IMG/VR virus record: IMGVR_UViG_3300024232_000045
Coordinates: 1 to 35,017 of that record
DNA: 35,017 nt
DNA from: a virus
Taxonomy: Duplodnaviria; Caudoviricetes
Direction: 5' to 3' (one strand)
The notes beneath the pieces were generated by a model. It was not told where the DNA came from, did no database searches, and saw nothing but the letters and a program-made list of their open reading frames with translations. Below, in pieces: positions 23,185-31,558 of this stretch (its first letter is position 1; each line of letters opens with the position of its first letter). The translations under genes and the position numbers were made by a program.

Positions 23185-25103
23185 AGATTAAGAAAGCGCC
23201 GCCTCCAGTTACACGCATTAAGATGCGCACTAAACCTTCCACGGATTTGTCTGGCCGTGGGGAAATGTTCGAGTGGTGGAATGCGGAAACGGATGAACAA
23301 CTAGCCAAAGAACTTTGTGGAACGGCGGCCTATCTTAAGACTAATCAAACCTACCGCATCCGGCAGATTACAGCGTCAATCCGTCTTTATGCTGGTCTCT
23401 CTGTTTATTCCTACGCTGGTTCGAGTACGTCTAAGATGGATCGTACTAAGACGCTGCCGGATGATCGTCCGACATTTAATCTCATCCGCGCGTGCGTGGA
23501 CACACTCCATGCCCGCTTGTCTCAAGACGAACCGCAACCAAAGTTCCTAACAGACAATGCCGACTATAAGCAGCGCCATCTAGCCCAACAGTTAAATCAG
23601 TTTGTTTTGGGTGAGTTTTACCAGACGAAGGCATATGAAAAAGCCGCGAAGATTTTAAAAGACGGTCTGCTCTGTGGTCCGGGATGTTTAAAGGTTTATG
23701 AAGGGGAAGATAAAAAAGTCGCTTTGGATCGGGTACTGGTTACTGATTTATACGTGGACGATAATGATTCTATTAACGGTGACCCCCAACAACTAATCCA
23801 ATTGAAATTGATGGACCGTGACCGCTTACTCGCGGCCTCCCCCAAAAAAGCAGAAAGTATTGTAGAGAACACTCCCCAATCTTACCCTGATAACTCGGCT
23901 GACTCTGGCCGAACGGTGGGCGACCAAGTAATGGTAGTGGAGGGGTGGAAGCTACCATCCGGTCCTGACAAAGATGCGCCCGGTTATAAGCCGGGTCGGC
24001 ATTCGATTGTTACGGTGCAGGGGAAGATAATTGATGAAGAATGGAATAAGCCCAAGTTCCCTTTCGTATTTTTTAACTATTCAGATCCTTGGCTGGGCTT
24101 TTTTGGCCAAGGTATTGGTACGCAACTCTTTGGCACTCAGCTTAGTTTGCAGCGCATTCTCTATACTATTGCTCGCAGCATTACTCTGGTGGGAGTACCT
24201 CGGGTATTCATTGATCAAGCCTCCAAAGTCGTAAAAGCTCACAACAATAACGAAGTGGGCGTCATCGTCACCTACTCTGGCGTAAAACCTAGCTACGAAG
24301 TCGCCCCTTGCAATGCCCCGGAACTTTACTCGGAGCGTGATAAACTAATCCAGTATGGCTTCCAAGAGACAGGCGTCAGCGCAATGCAAGCGACCAGTCA
24401 AAAGCCGGAAGGGCTCGACAGTGGCGCGGCCATACGGTCATACGATGACATTGCAACCGACCGATTTGCCTCTATCTCCAAAAAATATACGAACGTGTTT
24501 GTGGAGTTGGCCTATCAAATTACTGACGTCGCAAAAGATATTGCCGAACGAGATGGCAAATACCAAACGGTCTACCCGAATAAAGACGGAACCAAAGAGA
24601 TAGACCTACCTGCAATGAAGTTCCTTAATGACCCCTTCGTCATTAAATGCTTCACCGAAAGTTCTCTCCCGCGAACTCCTGCTGGTCGCATGGCCGCAGT
24701 CACCGAACAAGTACAAGCTGGCATGCTTACTCTTAAAGAGGGTAGGCGCTTAATGAAGTTCCCGGATCTAGAGCAGAATGAGCGGCTAGATAATGCGTCG
24801 GAAGAACGCATCTTTAAGATTTTGGACGGGATTGTAGAGAGTGGGAAATATACCGAGCCGGATGCTTTTATGGATCTAACCCTCGCTATCCAACTCACCG
24901 TGCAATACCTAAATCTTTACCTAGCGGCCAATCTAGAAGAATCTAAAGCCGAAATGCTACGCACATTCTTCCAACAATGCCTAGCACTTCAACAGGCAGC
25001 GATGCCGCCCCCGATGCCAGCAGCACCCATACCTCAAGCAAACCCGGAACCAGCACCCACAAGCCCGTTGGTTCCTAATGCCCCGCAGGCCAGTGCTGCC
25101 TAA
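23181..25103 (+). CDS. Portal protein
   Basis: 640 aa with 'FNLIRACVDT', 'ETGVS...GLDSGAAI' and a Pro/Gln-rich tail; lies between terL and scaffold/capsid. Confidence 0.85.
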   Translation: MKIKKAPPPVTRIKMRTKPSTDLSGRGEMFEWWNAETDEQLAKELCGTAAYLKTNQTYRIRQITASIRLYAGLSVYSYAGSSTSKMDRTKTLPDDRPTFNLIRACVDTLHARLSQDEPQPKFLTDNADYKQRHLAQQLNQFVLGEFYQTKAYEKAAKILKDGLLCGPGCLKVYEGEDKKVALDRVLVTDLYVDDNDSINGDPQQLIQLKLMDRDRLLAASPKKAESIVENTPQSYPDNSADSGRTVGDQVMVVEGWKLPSGPDKDAPGYKPGRHSIVTVQGKIIDEEWNKPKFPFVFFNYSDPWLGFFGQGIGTQLFGTQLSLQRILYTIARSITLVGVPRVFIDQASKVVKAHNNNEVGVIVTYSGVKPSYEVAPCNAPELYSERDKLIQYGFQETGVSAMQATSQKPEGLDSGAAIRSYDDIATDRFASISKKYTNVFVELAYQITDVAKDIAERDGKYQTVYPNKDGTKEIDLPAMKFLNDPFVIKCFTESSLPRTPAGRMAAVTEQVQAGMLTLKEGRRLMKFPDLEQNERLDNASEERIFKILDGIVESGKYTEPDAFMDLTLAIQLTVQYLNLYLAANLEESKAEMLRTFFQQCLALQQAAMPPPMPAAPIPQANPEPAPTSPLVPNAPQASAA

Positions 25104-25124
25104 TCATTTATACAAGGAGTTCTT

Positions 25125-26102
25125 ATGAAAATTAGTCCCGTTGTTGGTACGCCCACCATTCCCCAAACCCCAAACACCGGTAACTCTCCCGAAAAATTAG
25201 CGCGCCTCAAGGCAATTGCTGCCGGCGAGACCCCGATTTCCGTTACCCCTGTCGAAGAGGATAAAGAAGAAAGAGTACCAGCGCAGCGTGTAATCACCAT
25301 GCGCACCAACCGTACCGTGAATCGGGAGATGCAGCCTATTGAAGAGGCGCCGGTGGTTGACGACAAGGCGCGCGAGACGCAAACCGCCATTTCTGACGAT
25401 AGTGTACAGGCTAACGAGACTGCGGAAGCTACCCAGCCACTTAGCCCTCAGCTCGCGGCAATGCAAAAGCAACGCCGTGCCCTTCAAGTTAAAGAGAGGG
25501 AACTGGCCGAACGAGAGAAAGCTTTATCTGGCCCCACTAGAACGGAGCTAGAAAGCCGGATCAAAACGAGCCCGCTGAGTGTACTGCAAGAACTAGGGGT
25601 CACCTATGACCAACTCACTCAAGAGATTCTTGCGTCGCAAGGGGGAATTACCCCCGAAATCCAAGCACTCAAAGCAGAAATCGCAGCCCTAAAGGGCGAC
25701 GTCGATAAGAAGTTAACCGACCGGGACGCTGGCGCCGAACGCGCTGTGCTTACCGAGATGGCTAACAACATCGAGCGGCTTTGTTCGCAAGGCGATGATT
25801 TTGAGATGATTCGGAGCGCGAAGCAGCAAGAGGAGGTTCTTGGCCGCATCTATGAACACTGGCAAAAAACTGGCCAGGTCAGAGATGAACTAGAGGTCAT
25901 GAACGAAGTGGAGAACGAGTTGGTAGAGGAAGCCCTTACTTATGCACGCTCTAAAAAAGTGCAGGGGAAATTGACGCCAACCCCGCCACTGCAGCCACAG
26001 ACTACCGGCATGAAAACTTTAACCAACAAAGATTCGGCGCGGCCGACGTTGGATCGGAAAACCCGAGCCATCCTAGCCGCACAAGGCAAACTACCTAGGT
26101 AA
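25125..26102 (+). CDS. Capsid scaffolding protein (putative)
   Basis: Charged coiled-coil protein between portal and capsid; AAGGAG RBS. Confidence 0.75.
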   Translation: MKISPVVGTPTIPQTPNTGNSPEKLARLKAIAAGETPISVTPVEEDKEERVPAQRVITMRTNRTVNREMQPIEEAPVVDDKARETQTAISDDSVQANETAEATQPLSPQLAAMQKQRRALQVKERELAEREKALSGPTRTELESRIKTSPLSVLQELGVTYDQLTQEILASQGGITPEIQALKAEIAALKGDVDKKLTDRDAGAERAVLTEMANNIERLCSQGDDFEMIRSAKQQEEVLGRIYEHWQKTGQVRDELEVMNEVENELVEEALTYARSKKVQGKLTPTPPLQPQTTGMKTLTNKDSARPTLDRKTRAILAAQGKLPR

Positions 26103-26138
26103 GCACGAAAGTGTTTACCTAAGAAAGGTAAACACTTT

Positions 26139-27446
26139 ATGGCTATCGCCCCAGTCTACGCTAATAGTACCAACCAAATAGCGGCTCTTAAGGAGCTTTA
26201 TACCGACGATAAAGACTATATGAAAAATATAGTCTATTCGAAGAATCCGTGGCTCGCCATGGTGCCTAAGAACGAATCGCCGGATGGCTTCGCCGGAAAA
26301 TATATTCCGGTGCCGCTCGAATACGGTAACCCGCAGGGACGTGCGCATACTTTCGCTAACGCGCAAAACCAACAGACCGCGTCCGACGTTGTTTCTTACT
26401 TCGTTTATGCGGTTCAGGATTACCAGCTAGTTACCATCACGAATCTTTTGATGGAGCAAACGAAGACGAATGCGGGAGCGTTTGTCGACGAAGCCTCCCG
26501 AACGCTCGACAATGGTTTTAGGAACTTGTCGAATAACATGGCGTTCGAGTTGTTCTTTGGTGGAACGGCAACGCGCGGAAAGATTAGTTCGGCGGGTACC
26601 GCTATCTCTGGAACCACTCTTACCTTCACTTTGGATAACCCGCAGACGGTTGTGCAATTTGAAGTTGGGATGAGCCTCCAGGGCTCAGCGACCGATGGGG
26701 GCGCTGCTCTCACTGGTTCGGGTGCGGCAGTATTGGTTGCGCAGGTAGCCTCGGTAAACCGTGGCACTGGCGTAATCACGGCGAACGTAATCCAAGATAC
26801 CTATAGCTCTACGTGGCCGGCGGGAACTTTCCTGCAGGTTTACGGAGATATCGGGACGGCGGGTGCTTCGACGATTGCCGGGCTATTGGGTCTATCGGGA
26901 ATGCAGGCGTGGGTGCCGTCTAGCGACCCGCTTTCTACCGATAACTTCTGGGGAGTGAATCGTTCGGCGGATCCGACCCGTCTCGCGGGTCTTCGTTACA
27001 ACGCTTCCTTGCAAACCATCTCGGAAGGCCTTACCTCCGCGCTGGGCTTTGCAAACCGAGAAGGCGCGTCGATTGACCTAATCATCATCGACTTCGTGTC
27101 TTACACGACGCTCGTGAATGAGTTGGGTGCCAAGGTCCAGTACGTAATGCTCGAGCACGATGAAGTGGAAGTGGCTTTCGAGGCCATTCACTTCCATAGT
27201 GCTTACGGCAAAGTACCGGTCCTGGCCGACCGTAGCTGCCAAGCGCAAACTGCCTGGTGTCTCACGACTGATACCTGGAAACTGCGAACGCTTGGAAAAG
27301 CGCCGCATATCCTGACCTATGGCATGGAAGGTCTGGAAGGCCTGCGGGTAGGAAATGCGGATGCTTTGGAAATTCGCATCGCTTACTACGGCAACCTGAT
27401 TAATAGCGCGCCTGGCTATAATATGCAGGTAACGCTAAGCGCCTAA
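26139..27446 (+). CDS. Major capsid protein
   Basis: 435 aa with 'ALKELY...NPWLAMVPK...YIPVPLEYG' N-terminus and 'LEIRIAYYGNL...PGYN' C-terminus. Follows scaffold and is followed by a strong terminator. Confidence 0.88.
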   Translation: MAIAPVYANSTNQIAALKELYTDDKDYMKNIVYSKNPWLAMVPKNESPDGFAGKYIPVPLEYGNPQGRAHTFANAQNQQTASDVVSYFVYAVQDYQLVTITNLLMEQTKTNAGAFVDEASRTLDNGFRNLSNNMAFELFFGGTATRGKISSAGTAISGTTLTFTLDNPQTVVQFEVGMSLQGSATDGGAALTGSGAAVLVAQVASVNRGTGVITANVIQDTYSSTWPAGTFLQVYGDIGTAGASTIAGLLGLSGMQAWVPSSDPLSTDNFWGVNRSADPTRLAGLRYNASLQTISEGLTSALGFANREGASIDLIIIDFVSYTTLVNELGAKVQYVMLEHDEVEVAFEAIHFHSAYGKVPVLADRSCQAQTAWCLTTDTWKLRTLGKAPHILTYGMEGLEGLRVGNADALEIRIAYYGNLINSAPGYNMQVTLSA

Positions 27447-27468
27447 GTCTCCTAGAGTAAAACGAATG

Positions 27469-27505
27469 GAAGACCCCTTGGGAAGCCAGGGGGTTTTTCA
27501 TTTTT
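27469..27505 (+). terminator. Rho-independent terminator after capsid gene
   Basis: GACCCCTTGG-GAAG-CCAGGGGGTT stem followed by a T-rich run. Confidence 0.85.
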
Positions 27506-27571
27506 AAGGCTATCTCCTGATTTTTGACGCTGTCTTTTAAGGCTATACCCTTAATTGGCTATAACCCTTAA
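27502..27571. repeat. Three imperfect direct repeats around GGCTAT
   Basis: TTTTAAGGCTATCTCC, TTTTAAGGCTATACCCTTAA, TTGGCTATAACCCTTAA. Confidence 0.6.
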
Positions 27572-27575
27572 AAAT

Positions 27576-27691
27576 GCTGCGGGTAGGTTGCAGTCCGCGA
27601 AACCGATCCTACCGCCAGAGTCGTAACCTAGTGTTGGGCCTGGACACGCGCTAGGTCCTATGTGCTCCATCGCGAATGGAGACGCCGCAGC
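27576..27691 (-). ncRNA. Candidate structured RNA (four-way junction)
   Basis: Closing stem GCTGCGG/CCGCAGC encloses GGTAGG/CCTACC, ACCTAG/CTAGGT and CTCCAT/ATGGAG hairpins. G-U pairs in one arm favour the minus strand. No known family recognised. Confidence 0.5.
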
Positions 27692-27708
27692 GCTTCTTTA
27701 TTACCACA

Positions 27709-27730
27709 AATCCGCCATTCTTGACCATTA
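27709..27730 (+). promoter_or_regulatory. Conserved motif copy 3 (AATCCGCCATTCTTGACCATTA)
   Basis: Downstream of the capsid terminator and upstream of the next structural block. Confidence 0.6.
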
Positions 27731-27824
27731 CGAGGCGCTTTAATTTTCATTAGGCGCGTACTGTGGGGCAAGTGGGCTAGCGCTACCCCAAGAGACATCG
27801 CTGGCTATTTAAGGAGACAACCTT

Positions 27825-28778
27825 ATGTCCGTCGCGCGCGGTTTTGGTATCAACGGTAAGTCCTACTACACCAACGTTTGTGGTCCCCGCGTAGTCCACT
27901 GCAATTTCATTGTCGACGCAACCAATGGCAATGGCTTGGGTCTTCGCTCTCTAAAGAGTAATGGCTACATTCGAAACGTTTTTATGCACACATCGTCTAC
28001 CCCCGGTAGTAACGATGGTGCCTTAAACCCGAATCCGCTTTCTGGGTTTGCGGTTGTTCAGTTCAAAAACAATTTCAATTATTACTTAGGTGGATTCTCT
28101 GGATTCGTAAGTCCGATTACGGCGGCGACCACTAGCACCAATTCCGGTCTGACATTAGGCCAAGCCTATGTGATTACGGTTCTGGGAACGACTACTCTTG
28201 CCGAATGGCAGACGATTGGTTTGCAACCCGGTCTTACGCCAACGGTTGGTCAAACCTTTATCGCAATTGCTACGGGTACCGGTGGTTCCCATACGGGTAA
28301 AGTTGGTATTCCTGGGGTATCTGGAATTGCTTCGATGGAAGTGGTGGGGGATCCGAATACCTCTATCGCCAACTCGAACATCGCTTCCAACGGCGGTGCC
28401 TACGTAACCATTCAATTCCTAGGCTTCACGGGAACTGGAACGATTGCGGCGCCTACTTTCACCGGCTCTGCTTTGGGAACACATACCCATGACTTCACGG
28501 TAATCGGTGGTCAAGCGGCGGCTACTACCAACGTTCTTGCAAACTATGCAGGTCCTCTTATCGGTAAACAAGAGGCGACCAATGCAACGTACGTAGGTGC
28601 CAATTCTGGTACCGACGGTGGCGTGGTTGCATCTAGTGCTGGAACACCGGCCGGAACGATTAGCGCGCCTATTTTCACTTCGACTGGAGTGCTAGCGCCC
28701 ACAGCGCCGGCCGCTGGTTCGGTGGTTGGTATGACGTTCTACTTCGATGGTTCTTCGGTCACGGTTGACGGAATCTGA
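27825..28778 (+). CDS. Virion structural protein (head decoration/fibre-like)
   Basis: Follows capsid; AAGGAG RBS; Gly/Thr-rich with 'APTFTGSALGTHTH' and 'AGTPAGTISAP' motifs. Confidence 0.6.
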   Translation: MSVARGFGINGKSYYTNVCGPRVVHCNFIVDATNGNGLGLRSLKSNGYIRNVFMHTSSTPGSNDGALNPNPLSGFAVVQFKNNFNYYLGGFSGFVSPITAATTSTNSGLTLGQAYVITVLGTTTLAEWQTIGLQPGLTPTVGQTFIAIATGTGGSHTGKVGIPGVSGIASMEVVGDPNTSIANSNIASNGGAYVTIQFLGFTGTGTIAAPTFTGSALGTHTHDFTVIGGQAAATTNVLANYAGPLIGKQEATNATYVGANSGTDGGVVASSAGTPAGTISAPIFTSTGVLAPTAPAAGSVVGMTFYFDGSSVTVDGI

Positions 28779-28853
28779 TCCTATCGCGGGTGCCCGTAGC
28801 CACGGGACTAATGGAGCGTAATGCGAATGCCCCGCCCGCCCATCTAGGAGTTT

Positions 28854-29918
28854 ATGGCGACCACTGTCCCATTCCAGCCGCAGAATTTGGTGTCCGAACA
28901 AGCGGATGGCAATATACTTATCTCATGGCAAGCCTCTCTAAGCGCTACCGGCTATCAGGTACAGAGATCCACTGACGGCGTTAACTTCACAAACCTAGTT
29001 ACACTAAGCCAAGTAACCCAATACATCGATACCCTCCCTGGCATCGGAATAAAATTCTATTACCAAGTAGCTGGCATCAATAGTTCGGGAACTGGTCCTT
29101 ATTCATCGCCAACCGCGATGATTGCAGCGCCTCCGTCAGAACTATCGCTTTATGAATTACGTTTAAGGTCCCAACAAACTGCCGACCGCGTGGGTTCAGA
29201 CTTTGTTGTAACAAGCGAATGGAATGCGTTTCTGCGGCTTGCGATGTACGAGCTTTATGACCTTCTTATCGATTCGTATGAAGACCTATTCTCCGACCAA
29301 TTCGTATTCATTAATACCAATGGCACGGACCAACGATATCCACTTCCCGATGGCGTAACGAATTACTTGGGTGGCGTGTTTCCAAATGCAACAGGCGCGC
29401 CTGCTAAGGCTTTCTATAAACTTATTGGGATGGATCTGGGAATAAACACCAGCAACAACGCTTGGGTCACCCTCGAGAAATATAATTTCATTAAACGAAA
29501 CCAGTACGTTTATCCCAACTCCACTTCAACTATTTATGGCGTTTACAATATGCGCTATCGGTTGATGGGACGGTTTCTAAACATCATCCCGACGCCAGCA
29601 GGGAATCAACAAATTAGAATGTGGTATGCCCCACGCCTACCAGCACTCTTAGCAGATACCGACCTTACTACGATTGGTTTCTCGGGTTGGCTTCGTTATC
29701 CCATCGTTAGGGCTGCGAAGTACGCACTTGATAAAGAAGAGGGCAGCGACACATCTAAGCTAGATACCGAGATTGCGTTCTTAAAATCTCGAATCGAGCA
29801 AGCCTCCCAGAATCAAGATGCGGGAATTCCCGATACGATTTCGGAAACACGGATTGATCCAGCTTATGGCGGAACTGGGTTTGGTTCTGACGGTGGCGCT
29901 CAAGGCGGTGGATGGTAA
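28854..29918 (+). CDS. Head-tail adaptor (tail tubular A-like) with N-terminal fibronectin type III domain
   Basis: FN3 pattern 'PQNL...ISW...GYQVQRSTDG...YYQVAGIN..GTGPYS', then adaptor-like 'ELRLRSQQTAD...YPLP...IIPTP...MWY'. Confidence 0.7.
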   Translation: MATTVPFQPQNLVSEQADGNILISWQASLSATGYQVQRSTDGVNFTNLVTLSQVTQYIDTLPGIGIKFYYQVAGINSSGTGPYSSPTAMIAAPPSELSLYELRLRSQQTADRVGSDFVVTSEWNAFLRLAMYELYDLLIDSYEDLFSDQFVFINTNGTDQRYPLPDGVTNYLGGVFPNATGAPAKAFYKLIGMDLGINTSNNAWVTLEKYNFIKRNQYVYPNSTSTIYGVYNMRYRLMGRFLNIIPTPAGNQQIRMWYAPRLPALLADTDLTTIGFSGWLRYPIVRAAKYALDKEEGSDTSKLDTEIAFLKSRIEQASQNQDAGIPDTISETRIDPAYGGTGFGSDGGAQGGGW

Positions 29919-30217
29919 TGCAGTTACCGTTACAACAAACTAACCTTAGGGACCTTTCGTTACTCTCCACAAAATGGAAGAGTATTTTAGACCCAATCCT
30001 ATCCCTCCCCATTCTCGACGGAAACCAAATCAATGACATTGTGGCAAAGGTTGGTCTTCTCGTTATCGATCATAAACTTGGCAGAAAACAACAAGGTTGG
30101 ATTGTGACCGATCAAACCAATTCCGGCCTAAATCTTTTTAGACGAGGGGATTTTAATTCTCTCACTCTTACTCTGGATTGCAGTTCAACCGGTACCTTTT
30201 CTATCTGGGTGTACTAA
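29912..30217 (+). CDS. Small virion protein
   Basis: 'IDHKLGRKQQGWIV' (HxLG motif of small tail-associated domains). Confidence 0.6.
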   Translation: MVMQLPLQQTNLRDLSLLSTKWKSILDPILSLPILDGNQINDIVAKVGLLVIDHKLGRKQQGWIVTDQTNSGLNLFRRGDFNSLTLTLDCSSTGTFSIWVY

Positions 30218-31290
30218 TGGCTGACACGGTTACAAGTCCGAACATGACCCTTACCGTCCCGGTGCCAAGCGTGGCACCGGGACCGCTTTGGGCGCAATCG
30301 ATTTACACTTGCCTCTATGCCAATATCGATCAACATAATCACTCTCCCGGACAGGGCGTACAAATACAACCGTCCGGCATCAACATTAGTTCGAGCCTTA
30401 GTTTTAATAACAATAGCGCTATCTCTCTAAAGACAACGAGCTATCAAGACCAAGGCTCTTCTCTCTCTTCTAGTTTCCTAGGCGCCGTCTATATGGCAGG
30501 CGGCAATCTTTACTTCAATGCCGGTAGCGACGGATTTGCGGTACAAATCACAAATGGACACACCGTAAATGGCTCTTCGGGAACCATCGGTGGATTACCC
30601 TCTGGTACCGCTTCCGCTAACTACGCGGCCGGTACCTTCGTTTTCCAATCGGCAACCAATACCGCAGCTAACATCGATGGCGGTTCGGTCTTAATACGAA
30701 ATACTACCGCTAGCTCTAACGCGATTACCTTAAGTGCGCCCAATGCACTAGCCGCAAATTACCCTTTGGTATTGCCTACCGGACTACCGGGCGCTCAAAG
30801 TTTTGTAACTCTAGATAATAGCGGGAACCTTGCAGCAGGTTCTATTCCGGTTGCTAATGGCATCACGCGCGCCAATCAAGCGGCGGTTGGGCAACAAGTT
30901 AGCGCTAGTTGCGGGTTCTTTGGTGGGCAAGCTACCTCTCCAACTGACATAACAAATATGTCGGTAACTATTACCACCACAGGTAGACCAGTAATTATTT
31001 CGGTTCAACCAGACGGCGGATCTTCGTCTGGTTTTTTCGACGTAAACAACAACACCATTACCACCGCATTTCTATTTCTTCAGTTAGTAAGAGATTCAAC
31101 CGTGATAGCGGTATGGCAATTAGCTCCACCGCATATAGCAAACACGGTGATTGTGGTGCCGGCATCGCTTTATTTTCTGGACGCTGGTGCCACCGCCGCA
31201 ACACACACGTACAAAATGCAATATTCGGTTAACGCTGCGACAAGTACCGCAGTGATTAGCCAATGTGTGATAGCGGCCTACGAACTTTAA
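30217..31290 (+). CDS. Tail fibre/spike-like protein
   Basis: Start MADTVTSPNM coupled to the upstream stop (TAATG). 'TSPNMTLTVP...IDQHNH' anchor-like N-terminus and beta-rich C-terminal domain. Confidence 0.7.
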   Translation: MADTVTSPNMTLTVPVPSVAPGPLWAQSIYTCLYANIDQHNHSPGQGVQIQPSGINISSSLSFNNNSAISLKTTSYQDQGSSLSSSFLGAVYMAGGNLYFNAGSDGFAVQITNGHTVNGSSGTIGGLPSGTASANYAAGTFVFQSATNTAANIDGGSVLIRNTTASSNAITLSAPNALAANYPLVLPTGLPGAQSFVTLDNSGNLAAGSIPVANGITRANQAAVGQQVSASCGFFGGQATSPTDITNMSVTITTTGRPVIISVQPDGGSSSGFFDVNNNTITTAFLFLQLVRDSTVIAVWQLAPPHIANTVIVVPASLYFLDAGATAATHTYKMQYSVNAATSTAVISQCVIAAYEL

Positions 31291-31487
31291 TGCCCCCAAC
31301 CACCCAACTTTATGCAAGTACAAGAATCACCATTCGTGCAGCTAGCAGAAAGACCGGCCGCACAATTGGGTTGAAATAATTCGGCGGGAGAGGGTTGGGA
31401 AAGAACGAGTTCATTGCTTTGGAGTTTGCCGCAACCAGTAACGGATAGGATGAACGCAACAAAGAAGACAAATATTACGTAGCGCAT
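31287..31487 (-). CDS. Small Cys-rich lipoprotein (moron; possible superinfection exclusion)
   Basis: ATG at 31487 with GAGG RBS; signal peptide with lipobox SVTGC; four further Cys; antisense to tail genes. Confidence 0.7.
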   Translation of the reverse strand: MRYVIFVFFVAFILSVTGCGKLQSNELVLSQPSPAELFQPNCAAGLSASCTNGDSCTCIKLGGWGH

Positions 31488-31493
31488 AAGTAC

Positions 31494-31521
31494 CTCTTGA
31501 ATCATAGCGAGGATTCAAGAG
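31494..31521. promoter_or_regulatory. 10-bp perfect inverted repeat overlapping the lipoprotein RBS
   Basis: CTCTTGAATC-N8-GATTCAAGAG. Confidence 0.55.
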
Positions 31522-31558
31522 TAGCACGGAAATGTGAAGCAATTGTGTCGGTTAAAAA

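Noticed and set aside
27502-27571. CRISPR mini-array
   Set aside because: Repeats are under 21 nt, degenerate, and separated by very short uneven spacers.
27576-27691. tRNA gene
   Set aside because: Cloverleaf-like branching, but arm lengths are wrong and there is no TTC T-loop consensus or 7-nt anticodon loop.
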